Origin: the human T2T-CHM13v2.0 reference genome, Homo sapiens
DNA length: 64,000 nucleotides
Direction: 5' to 3' (one strand)
NCBI RefSeq assembly: GCF_009914755.1
Contig: NC_060926.1
In this document: positions 16,346-31,834 of the stretch, in pieces
How positions within the stretch are numbered: the first letter of the stretch is position 1
Layout: every line of letters starts with the position of its first letter
Position numbers and translations under genes: made by a program
Notes under the pieces: model-generated
Seen by the model: only the letters and a program-made list of their open reading frames with translations
Databases searched by the model: none
Told to the model about the DNA's origin: nothing

Positions 16346-19229
16346 TATTTCTGATAGAGTTTATAAACTTGGAAGGGTAGGTAGCCATGGAAGTTTGAAA
16401 ATTATCTCAGCCTCATTGACATAATAATATTACCTTGATGTTTTACTTTTTCAAAAGAAAGTTTGTTCCTGAGTTCTTTTCTCTTCCTCCTTTTCCTCCT
16501 CCTTTTTCTCTTCTTCCCTCCCTTTCACCATTCCTCCCTTTATTTATGTTCTCCCTTTCATATCTCCTTTCTCAAACTAAAGTGATATATGACTTTGGCT
16601 AGGAAGAGTGATTACACACAGATTCAAGTGGAAGAACTTTTATGCATTCTTTTCTCTTAAAGAAAAAAAAAAGACATCCCTAAGAGAGAAGAGCTAATAA
16701 AGTCCTATATCGTTGATGATGGTGATGCAGCAGCACAAACAAATTATAGTGTTCAGAAAGTTTGAGAGACTGAAAAGAAATGCACAACGTGTAACACCAA
16801 ATTTGCCTGTCAAGGGTTTTTTTTTATTATTATTACTGCTTGTTTCATTTTATTATATTCTTAAAGCTGATGTTTGCAGCGATTTGCTTCACTATAGGAA
16901 ATTCCAGATTCAAGAATACTGATTTACAACTTCAATCATCACCTGACAAATACAGCCCTTGCTAAGTGAGAGCTGATCCATAACAGGTATTTCAAATTTT
17001 CATAAGTCACAACATATCAACCCCAAAGTGAAGAGTTTCATTCACAGGAAACAATTTTCTGAAATCAGCAAATATTTTCTATAAAGAAAGAAAAAGTAAA
17101 GAATAAAGGGCAAAAAAAAAACCCTCCTCTCAAGATAACTTTATCCCTGAACATAAGAATCCATATGCTGAAATATGGTGAGCTCTGTGGATTTTATTTT
17201 TATTATACCTCTCTCCTACACCCCAGGTTTAACTCTTGTCTTCCTCTGCCCAAGTAGCTTTCCAGAAACTGACATAGATGGGCTAGTAGCCTTAATGGAA
17301 CACCCAGAGTTAACCTGTAAGTCTCACAGCTTCTGCCAAGAGCTGTTGGCTGCTTACTGTCACAAAACATTGTGTCTGAGCCACTCTGACATCCTTCTTC
17401 AAGTTTTCATGGAACATGAGACCATTTCAGCATTGAATCATTGCCTCTGATCTATTGTGTAGGTGACCAAAAAAAAAAAAAGTGCTGCTGCAGCCGCCAA
17501 AACTGTTAATCCCTAGTCTGATATAGAAGTACAAAGATTAGAAATGCCACCCTTTTAGTAAAAGTTCTTTCTTCTCTATAGCTCTTTCTACTATTCGGTT
17601 TTGGAAAATACATAATATTTTTACTTCTCCCAAAAAATTCAAAAAATTAATTGTGTCTGGAAAACTTACGCAGTTACTAGTGAAATCAAAATGTCCAGAT
17701 AATTTCTAGATTAATCAGAAAAATGAGACTGAAAATTTCAACAATAAAAAAATTATTTCAAAGATACTTGCCAAGTTTTTCATTTTTAGTATATTTAATA
17801 TATTTTCTTTTTGAAAATACCTTTTTTTAAAAAAAGAAAACGTTATTCTGTAAAAGTGAAGTCTTTTAGCATTGCTAGAATGGCTCACTAATTTCTTTAC
17901 AAAAACTCAATTAACAAACTTGGGAAATTTTCAGGCTAGCGCTATGGCTTCTAATTTGTCTAGAGAGCAAATATTTCTTCAGTGCAAACTTATCAAAAGA
18001 CCAATATACAAAATTTAAAAACCATTGAGGCTTCTGTGCCCTCAAATTACTTTGGGGGAAAAATAATCCATGGTGCTCCATATCATATGTTAAAGAGCAA
18101 CACCTAATGGTAGAATTAGGTATTGCAGGCCAGCTCTCTTAGGCATTGGAAATATGCCTGGCAAAAGAAGCCTAAGAAGTGAGGACATTCTCCAGAGTAA
18201 AACGTATTCCTTCATCTAGAACAGGTAGAGATAAAGGAGGCAATGATAGAAAAGTGTTGCCAAGAATCTTGTCGTTCTACAGTAATTGCAAAAGTATACT
18301 CAATATATCTTGAGGAACCCACAGACCTGGCTACCAAATTAGCATTGTTTTCATATAATATTTTCAACTCATTACTTGGTAACTTTTAGGAATATCCAAG
18401 TAACTTTTTATAGAATCAGCTGGAAAAATTAGATTCGACATAAAGCCAATTTTATTAAACAACAAATGATTTTGTAAAGTAAAATATAATGATATCATCA
18501 ATTACTCATGAAAATAGTGGGATAGGACAAGGACGATGCAAAATTACACATAATCTATTTTATTTCTATTTGGCTTTGAAATGAAAAGCACAATTTCACT
18601 GCACAAAGAAACTGTCAAACCCATAAAATTTAGTGATAAAAATCAGTAAGATCATTTAGACTCAAAAAATCATTTGACTGCCTTTATTTTTTTTAAAGGC
18701 TTTGTCAACCCTTACTAACACACATAGTCGACAAAAACAAACCATTTTAAATAAAGAGGACTGTTTAATGAGTGGCACTTTTGTTGCTCACCTACTGCTT
18801 GATTTGTAATATGGAATTTAAGTAGCCAAATTGCCAGTCAAAATGTTGAGAGCCATTTTTGGATATAAACAAAGATAGGGAGCATATCTGAGAATGCTCC
18901 CACTCTGACTCCATGCCCAGGCTCTCTTCTGAATTAGTTTGAATGCTGGCAAAAGTAAAGAGCATTAGTTTGAATGCTGAGCAGAAGTAAAGAGAAGAGA
19001 ACTCTAACCTCCATGAATAAGCATCAGTAGATTAAAAAGAGCTAAACACAATAGCCTTATGGAGTCAACAGAACACACACTGAAACTAAACCTTTTTCAC
19101 CTTCAAAACAGCTTTATTTCTCCTAAATTATGATGTTAAATTTAGAGTACTCCAAACCTGGTTTAGACTGCTATTTTGTGAATGTTCAAACGAAAAAAAA
19201 ATGCATCTAGATAAGGGATAGTAAATAGA

Positions 19230-19772
19230 TTATATATTACTTACATGTTATTAGATTACAAATTACAACCGCAGCTTAAAATAACATACGTTTACCATCT
19301 CACAGTTTCTGTGAATCAGGACAAGCATGGTTTACCTTAGCTGGATCCTCTATAAGGCTGCCATCAAGGGACTGTCAGGGCTGGGGTCTCATCTGAGGCT
19401 CAACTGGAGAAGGATTCACTTCCAAGTTCAAACAGTTGTTAACAGCACTAAGTTCCTTAGACTGAACACTATGGAACTGAGTCCTCATCTGTTTGTCATC
19501 CAGATAGGTTCCTTGGCAAGTGAACCTCTCCACAGGCAACTCTCAACATGGCAGCTTATTTCTTCAAAGTCACCAAAAGAGAATGATGAAAGACAGCTAT
19601 CACAATCTTACGTAATGAAATCATGGACACGCAATTACACACCTTTGCTGTATTCTGTTAGTAGAAGCAAATTCCAGATCATTTCCACTCTCAAGGGGAG
19701 AGGATTACTCAAAGGTGTGAAAAGTAAGAGGTGAGGATTATGGGGGGAAGCCTTGGAATATGTCCACCACAG
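19230..19772 (-). mobile_element. MLT1 (ERVL-MaLR) solo LTR, old subfamily
   Basis: GCAGCTTAAAATAACATACGTTTACCATCTCACAGTTTCTGTGAATCAGG...TCATCTGAGGCTCAACTGGAGAAGGATTCACTTCCAAG. Confidence 0.75.
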
Positions 19773-22160
19773 GTTTTTAGAAAGCTAGTGGCAATTAATT
19801 GGCAACAGCTACCTACAATGTCAAGTCGGCAAAGATTCTGAACCTCAGCTCAGCTCATTCATTCAACATCTGTTTTTTTTAAACATGCACTATTTCTTCA
19901 ATAAATGAGAAGAATATAGTAGAGAACAAGACAGATACAGACCTAACCATCACAGAGTTTCCATTCTCGTAAGTGGGGACAAAAATAAATTGCAACATCA
20001 GAGAGTTCATGAGGAGTTACAGAGAAACATCATCCCTTAGAGTTGAAGAGATTTTGAAATCTACTCACTCCGTGCCCTCATTACAGAGGCTGTGGTGATA
20101 TGAGTGGGAAGGCCAACAAAGGCTGCAGCAATTTCACCAGCTCCACTGCTACCAGTTATGAGCTTTGTGAACTTAGGTGAATTCATTCACTACTCTGAGC
20201 CTTAGTTTTTACAGCTGTAAAATGGGGAGAAGATTGGAATAAGTGGTATCAATGGTTCTTTCTAGTTTTAATCTTTCATGGGTAAATTTTACATAAAACA
20301 GGAACCAATCTGTTAAATGATTTTGGTTTAAGGTTTTTAAGTAAATTTTTGTAAATTCTTATTATGTTCCTATTAGATTCAAAACATTAAATGATCATCC
20401 TCAACAACTTACATCAAAAGCAAGTGTTTTCCTTACAGTTCCTCTCAGGGGAGTCCAATTTACCATCTTCAGTTAATACCAAGAAAGTTATTGATTTATC
20501 AGGGTACATTTCTATTCATTGTTATTTATAGAGTTCTCCTCTTACAGTTGATAATTATGAGATCTCCTAATTTTGCCAATCTCTTGCTCTTTTGCAAACT
20601 CAAACCAATAACTCAGTGACAAAAGTCTGCCATGGGGAAGGAGGGCTGAGTCTCATGTGGTGTTTACCATTTTTCTTGTACATGCTTCAACTTTCAGACC
20701 CTAACAAGACTAATTGAGCAGAAGAAATACAAACACCAAATCCATGCAGAAAACTTAGCTGAGAAATTTACTCTTGCAAATGTCCATCTACACTACCTGA
20801 ACTAGTGTAGACAGAACTCATCTCGCATTACCACCATCGCAAAAGTAAACCACATCAAGGTATAAAATATTCGCACCCCATCAATGTGATCAGGATCTTA
20901 TGCTAACCTTCTTGTCCTCAACTGTAGTCATTTAGCAGAGATCTTGCTTTAACTTTTTTATCTATGTCCTGCCATAATTTGATCCCCTATGTGAGCTTAT
21001 ACTAACAACTGTACTAATGTAAGCCTGATGATCCACTAATTTTGCAGACAAGAGTTGATAAGGAATCATTTCAAAGAGGCATGTCTGTTCACCTTCTCTT
21101 AGAAAATATTGACAAATAGCAATAGTGTTCAAATCAGAAAACATTAGGTCCCCTGGCTATTTAAAAAATATCAGATAAGAACCTCCTCAACTCCTCAGCC
21201 CAATTGGAGTGTGATGCATTTTTTAAACTTTTTATTTTTTTTAATTCTTCAGTACTTTTTTAATGGAAAAAAATTATTCATGTTTAGAATATTAGTCTGT
21301 TTGGTTAATTGAGTCTAAAAATAAACACTGTTCCATTTGCCTACATGTTCTGAAAAACAGGTCTTTTATCGCTTCTTTAGATGAGATTATTCTTCTTGCC
21401 TTTTCCTTTGTTTTCATTTAAACATTTGTTAGCTTTTCAGCCTTGCAACTCAACAGGGATGCAAAATTTTAAAACATGTTATGTCAGGCCAGTACTAAAA
21501 TCTAAATAAGTTTTAGGTAATGTAGTAACATAAAACTCAGTAGTCCATTACTTATGAAATAAGCATAAAATATATTCTAAAAATGTCACATTCTCATATA
21601 CAAAAATCTTTTTAATATACTGTAGCTACAGATATTTTTTCATAATCATTCATTTATTTAATAAACTTTAATTGAGTTTCCTCTGTACTAGATCCCAGGT
21701 TTGGTGTTGGAGATAAGACTGTCTCTATTCCTGCCTTCAAGAAGTTTACAATCCAGTGTGATTGTTTCCAACACACACACATTTTCAAATGTACATTTCC
21801 CATTACCCAACACATGTGTCTCCAAAATTCATGTTAAAACTCATTTTGATAAAGTTAGTCAGTTTGCTTATGCCATTTAAGTAATCCTATGACATGGTTG
21901 ATTCTTTCGTAATACAAACAATTTTTCTAATTTGGCATTTCAATTTTTGTATCTTGGGTTTATCAAAGCTATATGTAATTTATTCAGTTAGTCATACAGT
22001 TATGATATATTGGAAAGTACACTTAACTTGGAAGGAAAAAACTTTGTTTAAGTACAGGTTAAGACCTTAGGCAATTCACTGACAGCCTCAGTTTTCTCAT
22101 CTGTAAAATAAGGGTAGTATCTCACAGGCTTGATGGGAAGAGGAGATGTAAAATGGTATG

Positions 22161-22798
<638 letters not shown>

Positions 22799-23408
22799 TA
22801 ACAAGTAGAAAAGTAAGTTGAAAGGAGTATCCTCTTTCAATCATTTATTAAACAATTATCCACAAACAGACCTCTTCATGCCCAGTTCAATGCTGAGCCT
22901 ATAGTCACAGTGGTGAGCAAAACACAGACCTTGCCCTTATAGAGATTACAATGTAGCCAGGAAAAGAGGCAACTAAACAAATCATTAAAATAATGTGTGA
23001 AAATTGCCATGGTCAAGGGAATGCAGTATACATTTGGATCCTATATCAAGGGCAACTAACCTATTTGAAGAGGTCAAGGAAGGTGCTCTGGAGAAAAGAA
23101 ATTTTGAAGCTAAGAGATTGCTGAGATGACCAGAGGTTAAAATAGACAAAGAGTTGCCTTTCTTCTTTAGTCAGCAAATTTGTAGTAAATGAGTTTGGCA
23201 TTGAAAAATTCAGAATTGCCATACCAACTTCCATTCATTCTTTCAGCCAAAATTTATTGACAGCCTACTATGTGCCAGAAACTGTTCTAGTCTCTAGAGA
23301 GTCATTAGTAAATAAGGTAGACTAAAATTCCTGCCCTCGTCATTGGTGTTGAATGAAGTAAGAAACTATCCCTAGAGAGGAAGTCAAGTAATAATAATTA
23401 GGAGTATA

Positions 23409-23739
<331 letters not shown>

Positions 23740-24370
23740 TTAGGAATATAAGTTTTGCACTCAGACCACCTGTTCAACTCCATACTCTGCATCTGACTGG
23801 CTTTGCGACCTTCGACAACATTTTTCACTGCTCTGTGCCTCAGTTTCCTCAAATGTAATAATAGCGCCTACCTCCTGGGTTGATGCAAGAAACGAAATAA
23901 GTTAATGCACATGGAGCCTGTGAACAATGTACAGCATATAGTAAGAGCTCAATAGACTTTAGCTCCTTTTGGCTTCCTTGTGATCATGCTTAAGAAGCTC
24001 AGGGCTTCACCATCTTAACTTACTTTCTCCTGTTCCCAGTTGAAGAAAAGGCACAAGGTTAAATTTAAAATACACAAGATCCTCACAAAGTAGGTCATTT
24101 CTGTTTCAGCATAAGGTTGACATCCTGAGTAATTTATTGCCTGAATAATTCTGAAACACAGAAATGCAAATGTACGAGAGTTCTAACCATGTTGCAGATG
24201 GAACAATGCTTCTTATCCAAGAACTCATTTCATCTGTTAAACAACCTCTAAAACAGGCTCTTTCTATACAATACTGCAACAACCTGTTGAGAAATAAGAA
24301 ATTTAGTACAGTGCAGTCCCAAAGAAACTGTCTTTATATTTAAACACAATCTTTGAGAATAGTTTTGCAA

Positions 24371-24837
<467 letters not shown>

Positions 24838-24934
24838 TCAAAAATATTTCATCGCCATGTATTTTACTAACAAAGATTTCATGTCTCAGGCCCCAGAGAG
24901 TAGCCATAGCTATAGCACTTCAGTAAAAAGCAGA

Positions 24935-25230
24935 CAATCATGAAATCATAGACACTAAAGGTGGAAAAGACCTTCGAGGTCATCCTGTCCACTCTCTTGT
25001 CAACTCATTCCTGTTCCCCGCAGCATATTCTCAGGGGCTTTTCAGCAGCCAACTTGTAAATGATTCCAGCACCACCAGCCCTGCCACTGTCCCCCTGGAG
25101 AGACTACTCCACTATCTAATAGACCTGTTAGGTAATTTTTTTTCCTTGATATTCAGTCCAATTTTGCCTTCTCTTAGTTTCATCCCATTATTCATCGATG
25201 TACCCCATTGGACCAAACTAAGCATCCCTT
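24935..25230 (-). mobile_element. CR1/L3-like ancient LINE 3' fragment
   Basis: ATCATAGACACTAAAGGTGGAAAAGACCTTCGAGGTCATCCTGTCCA and TTTTTCCTTGATATTCAGTCCAATTTTGCC resemble antisense CR1 3' ends. Confidence 0.55.
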
Positions 25231-27350
25231 CTCTTTTAGTAAAGATGCCTTGTCAGATTAATTATGGCATCAGCAGCTTCAGGGAGCCACGTTCACAAGG
25301 TCCAGTACTGTAACATTTAGGGAGACAGATCCTGGCACGAATGCCTCATCTAGATATTTACAGAAACAATGCCACTGACTGCAAGATCTTTTCTTCTCTG
25401 TCCCTCATTATCTATTTCCACAGCTTGCTCAGGGTTCATGTGTTAAGGGCAGTAGTGTTTGATACTTTCACTTTCCCCTAAAATCCTTTCCTTTCTCTGG
25501 CTTCCTTTTTCTGGCTCCAGGATGATGAGAAGGGGGCTCAAGAATGCCCCCCCTTTAGATAGCAGTTTACCAGGCCACAGTCTTTTACATCCCAATAATG
25601 GATTCCAATATTCACTCCAGCCTTTAGCCCTGGGACATAACAGCCCTATTCTAACTCTCTAATTGTCTTGGATTTATAAAACTGAAGAGGACTTAGTTTC
25701 AACTTGGCTTTATTCATATTTGCAACTTAAGATGCCTGGTTTGTGTGTTGCTTTGGGGCAAGGCAGTTAACCCTATGTGTGTGCATACATGTGCATGTGT
25801 GTATCTTTGTAAAATCACTTTGTGGTATATACATTTTGTCATTGTTCCTTAGGCGTAAAAAGTAGTGACTATCAAACATAGTTTTGCCATAGTCTAAAAA
25901 AAAGCATTTTATATCACAACTCAATACATCATATTTGTGTGTATATACATATGGATATACAAAATGTATACATATATAGAGAACTAAAATAAAATTTCAA
26001 GAAACAATATTTATCCTCACCATGTGTGATGCACTCTATTTCCTATTCTCATCCTTTTCAGTTATTTTTAAATGCTGGCTCAACCCATTAAGGTGATTTT
26101 ACAACCCAGACCAGCAGTCTGGAAAGCCTATGGAGAGGTCCCACCTTCAACTCTGACCCTAGAAGTGGTTGGTGTTCAGTGCAGCCTCTGCCTTTCCTCC
26201 AATCCTCACTGTGACCAGTGGCCAGACTCCCAGGAAGCCTCATCCCACTTGGAAACCAGCAGGCTTAGCCCCCCTGCCACAGGCAGTTTCTGGTTCCCTG
26301 ACCTCAGCTCCCAGAGCAGAGGAGGACACAGGTTGATATCATTCAGAAGCATGCCCAGCCGAGTCGCCAAGCCAACTTTCTCCCAAGAGGCTCAATGCCC
26401 ATCAAACACACTGTGGATCAGGAGTGGCACCAGCAGATACAGGTGCAGAGACCAAAAGTCTTTCTGAGATTGTTTTTATAATCAAGCTCTGAGGTGTAAG
26501 CTTCATGGAGTGGCCAGATTTGCCCATTTTGTCAAACCCATCAATAGCAGTATCAAGGGACATGAAAAGACACATCTCAAAAAGGGTTTTCAATGACATA
26601 ATATTATTAGTATAATTACTGCAGTTCTTGGGGTCCCTTTTAAAATATTTTCTTTATCCTCAGGACTTTTCTGTTCCCTTGGTGTTTATTTATATTAACT
26701 ACATTATATGTGAGACTCAGGGAGGTTATTTAAAAGCTTTAAATATAATACATTTCTCTGAAGCTTTTTTTTTTTTTGCTTTTATAGTTAGTTTCATATT
26801 TGGCTCTTCTTAAACAAGTTAAATAATAAATCTTCTCTAAAATGACGATTCCCCTCTCTAAAAAGTAAAAAACATCCCATGCCACTCATACCTGCATGGA
26901 GTGGAAGATGCCTATTCCTGTCTTGGACCACCTATCCAAGGATAACCCTGAGTGCCGGAACCAGAGCTCCCACAACATTGGTATACAAATCAACCTCCCT
27001 TCATGGACATCTGGTTTACAGAGGCCTGCATTACATGGCAGCTTCAACCAAGTCACAGGGATCTGATTAGTGCCATTTTGCAGCTGAAGCATCCAAGGCT
27101 CAGGGAGATGGAGCAATGGGACCAAAGAACCTAAGAAAGAACTAGAATTTAACTCAGTGCTTCTGAATCCAATGCCTACTCTCCTTTGTCTCCAAAAAGA
27201 GTGCCTCCTATGAATGCTCATGGGTTTCTGTGTTAAAAAAAAAAAAAAGCAATTTTTTTACCTAATAAAAAATCTATTACTTAAACATTTTTTTTCATGA
27301 AGACATACTTGAAAAATAAAAATTGAAGTCAAGGTTGAAATATGATTTGG

Positions 27351-27755
<405 letters not shown>

Positions 27756-28328
27756 TACGATTTGATGAACACAGTTTCATTTTAACCCCCAAATATATGT
27801 AGTAATATATATATACACATATACACATATATAGAAAGACTATCATACATTTTGTGAAGGCAAAATAGAATACTAGAGAGGAGGCATGACTCACCCTTTT
27901 AAAAATAGCAAAAAAAGATTATTTTTCAAAAAATAAATAAGGAAATGGCTATATTTTTTAAATGGACTATGAAAAAGCAAGCTTACTGTACATTCAAAAA
28001 TGTATTTGATTTTATCTTTAAAGACTTTCTATACCATTTAAGAAACATCTATTAGATTAAGTGTGGTTAACCAGTATCTTAGCTCTACCAAACTGCACAA
28101 GAAAGCAACCAGAAGTTTTATCCATATTTAAAATTGGGCTATCTGAACTGGCCTCAGCACTGGTAACAATGATTAGGATGAACACATTTCTGTAACCCTC
28201 TAAGTTTATGATTAAAGCCAGAGCCCCTGTATTGACTCTGGGAGGCTCACCCTCCTGGCATGTAGTAAGCGGCACTCCCTCTGGACATAAGGTGGTACTC
28301 ACTGGCTCCCTGCCTTTCCAAAGCAGTC

Positions 28329-28613
28329 TTTTTTTTTTTTTTTTTTTTTTGACACCATCTCGCTCTGTAGTCCAAGCTGCAGTGCAGTGAACACGACCAC
28401 GATTAACCGAAGCCTCCACCTCCCAGGCTCAATCAGTCCTCCCACTTCGGCCTCATGACTATAGGTGCACACCACCACACCCAGCTAATTTTTGTATTTT
28501 TCCGTAGAGACGGAGTTTCACCATGTTTTCCAGGTTGGTCTCAAACTCCTGAGCTCCAGCGATCCACCCACCTCAGCCTCCCAAAGTGCTGGGACTACAG
28601 GCGTGAGCCACCA
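28329..28613 (-). mobile_element. AluJ
   Basis: Diverged antisense Alu with poly-T and J-type CCCAGGCTCAATCAGTCCTCCCAC. Confidence 0.88.
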
Positions 28614-29307
28614 AAAGCAGTCCTCAACCTTGTTTTGGTTTCACACTTGTGAGAGCCGCATAAGAGAAACCTCTGTCCAACTTTCACCTTTCTACTAAAG
28701 CCAACATGCACATGTGTTTATACACTCAAAAGGCCTCATCAGTCATTTCTGCTTCAATGGAAACCCAGATGAGGAGACAAACTAGGAATACAGAATGAAG
28801 AGGAAAATGAGTGGCCAAGGAAATCTTCAATGGAATGTGTCTTTCAGACATTTCACATACGTTCAGAAGAAGCTGCACTCCAGCACAGTCCAGGCATTCT
28901 CCAGCCAAAGATATTGACTTGAGATTTATATGATACAGTGCCTCTGATCATTTAAAAATAATTCTGACCTCCATCCCTGAATCTTTTAAGCCTTAAGATA
29001 TATGTGGGTAATAAAAAATGTAAATGGATTGAGAGTTTGGTTCTCGTGAAATAAGATGGTTAGCTTCAAGTTAACTTGTCTAGACATGTGAATAAAGTGT
29101 TTTGCAACTGGAGGGCCCACTAGGGTCAAGATAGGTTTTTCTGGGCCTGTCCTGTGGCTGCATAATTTTCCATGAGCTCAACTCACCTCACGGAACAACT
29201 CTAAAAATACGAAAGAAATAATTAAAACTCAACATATGGGAATGCCTGTGGTCTCTGCTTCATTTTCTGCCTCCTTTCTTTTTGTATCACAGCTTTCCGG
29301 AGGTGGT

Positions 29308-29749
29308 ATGCAGGGAGTGTTTGGTTATCTGAATCCTCCCAACCTGCAAAGACTGGATCCCAGACCATCTTTCTGCTTCAGCTCACTGAGGCTGTATTGG
29401 TCTAAATCAATAGGAATGGTATCACCCTAGGAATCCACAGGTGCAATTTAGGGCAGCGTAATACTGGGAAGGGCACTGCAGGCATGAGTGGACGGGACCA
29501 GCAATCAGGACTCCTGAGGGCAGACCATGCCATTGGTACACACGTCCTTAGGCTCCAGAGGGGTGGCCAAGAGGCAGTGTTAGCAGGGGATGTGGACAAA
29601 GTGGGGATATGTGGATTAGGATATTCACCCCATACACGAGTCCCTCGCAGTGTAGGTCAGCACTGGAGAATGAGAACAGAGGCCTATGCCACCCAGGACC
29701 TCTACACAAGAACTGGGACCATGGACCGCCTAGATCCCACTCCACCCCA
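29308..29749 (+). repeat. Left arm of a local inverted duplication (442 bp)
   Basis: Reverse complement of 31835-32425, with 20 substitutions and one 149-bp gap by hand alignment. Confidence 0.95.
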
Positions 29750-30499
29750 GGAGAATCTGAGAGTCCGTGGAAAAGAACTAGGAGGAAAACATCTTGGAAG
29801 TCGACAGAAATAAGTAATTAATAGCCACGACCTTGGGCTTTACAATGTGTGAACTTGTGTGAAATAGAAAGGAGGATGAAGATAGAGATAATAGACTCCG
29901 GGAAAACTATGTATAGCTGAGAACTAACAAAGTAAAAAAAGAAAAAATGAAAATACCGGGTTGCTTCATACCAATCATAGTCATTTATATGAACTGTTTA
30001 CCATTTGTACTTACATACATCACAATCATGATTTTATATATATATAATATGCATATGTATATAAGATGTAAAAATTGCAGTTTCAACAGAGATACCAAAA
30101 TACCATAGATGTGAAAATCCAAAATGTGGACTGGACCATTCCAAGGAAATGAACTGTAACTAGTTTCACAACCCTTGAGCCCCTTACTCACTTGGAGAAT
30201 ATAAAAGAACAGAAAGAGAGAAAAAAAATCTGTCAGAAAAAATTTCCTCTAGAAGAAAACATGGACTGCCCACCCCCAACTCAAACCTTGACATTGAGGC
30301 AGGACAGGGGATACTTCAATAAGCTGGTATTGAGACCTTGGGGTTTGGAAACAGAGTGGATGCCACCCAAATCTAGAATCCAGGAGCCTGACCAAGGAGC
30401 TGCTTTTGCAGAGGAGGGTAACACGCAGGTTAAAGAGCTCACCACATTTCCTACAGAGACTGGTGGCTGCCTTAAAAGAGTGCACTTCAGAGCCTGAAT

Positions 30500-30690
30500 G
30501 CCTAGGTCTGAAACTCTGACACTTAACAGCTGTCGGTATTGAGAAAGTTGTTTAGCCTCTCTGGGACTCAGTTTCCTCATATGTAAAACAGAGATAATAA
30601 AAGTACCTACCTCATAAAATCGTTGTGAGAATTAAATGGGCCAATATATGTAAAATGGTACCTGGCACAAGGTCAGTGCCATGTCACTGC
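30500..30690 (+). mobile_element. MIR
   Basis: CTCAGTTTCCTCATATGTAAAACAGAGATAATAAAAGTACCTACCTCATA. Confidence 0.8.
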
Positions 30691-31217
30691 ATGTTATTAA
30701 CCAGATGGAGACTCCCCCCAGGAGGCTGAGCCACCTAGAGCCATTTTAAGTCCCAGAGGACTGGGGTCCTTTGTGGACTGGATCCCCGGAGAACAGCGAC
30801 CTCCAGGGAGCAGTCTCCCAAAGGAAAAGCATCATGCACATCAGGGCCGTTCAAGCCACAGGATCTGGAACCTCTGGAGCCCGCATGGAAGTGCCCACAA
30901 AAGAAAGAAGCAGAAGAAACAGCAGCCAGGATCAAAGGATCCAACCCTGACTTACAACAGTGTCCTTCACTCCAGGACTTTTCATGCCCTGTTCCCTCCT
31001 ACTTCCCCATTGAGGGGTCAATTACTGCAGTCAGCCAGAGGGCAGAGAAAGTGACCCCAAAAGAGGGAAATGAGTCCAGGAATCTTCCCAACCCCCACCC
31101 CACCTTAAGCATGCAACCCACAAGGGGCCTCACTCCATACGGAGCTATGTGACCTTATATTATATTGGGACTCTAGATTATTACATAAGACTGGGCGTTC
31201 TAAGGACAGTGGGAGAA

Positions 31218-31640
31218 TGTATGAGTCAGGATTCTCCAAAGAAACAGAGCCAACAGGAGTATGTATGTGTATATATAGAGAGAAAGAGGGAAGGAGAGGG
31301 AGATTTTAAGGAATTGGCTCACATGATTGTGGAGGCTAACAAGTCCAAAATCTGCAGGGCAGGACAGCAGGCTGGAGACCCAGGGAAGAGTTGACATTGC
31401 AGCTTAAGGCTGAAAGCAGACTGCTGGCAGTGTCTCCTCTTCCTCAGAGGAAATCGGTCTTTTTTCCATTAAGGCCATCAATTGACTGGCTGAGGCCCAC
31501 CCACATTGTGAAAGGTAATCTGCTTTACTCAGTCTACCGATTTAAGTGTTAATCTAAATACCTTCAAAGAAACATCTAATGTTTGACCAAATAACCAGAT
31601 AGCATGACCTAGCCAAGTTGACACATAAAATTAACCAGCA
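31218..31640 (-). mobile_element. MLT2 (ERVL) solo LTR
   Basis: TGTATGAGTCAGGATTCTCCAAAGAAACAGAGCCAACAGGA...CAAGTTGACACATAAAATTAACCAGCA. Confidence 0.85.
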
Positions 31641-31834
31641 CTTAGAAAAATATGCTTCATGTTAACATTGATCACATCCCACAAACAGGTATGTTTCATG
31701 TACCCCTTCTACACACACACACACGTACGCACACACACACACACACAATTTGTTGTGTGCTTTATATTAAAATAGTGAAGGACATGGATATGGACTTTGT
31801 TTTTTTGTTATTAATGGTATAACAAATGCTGGAG

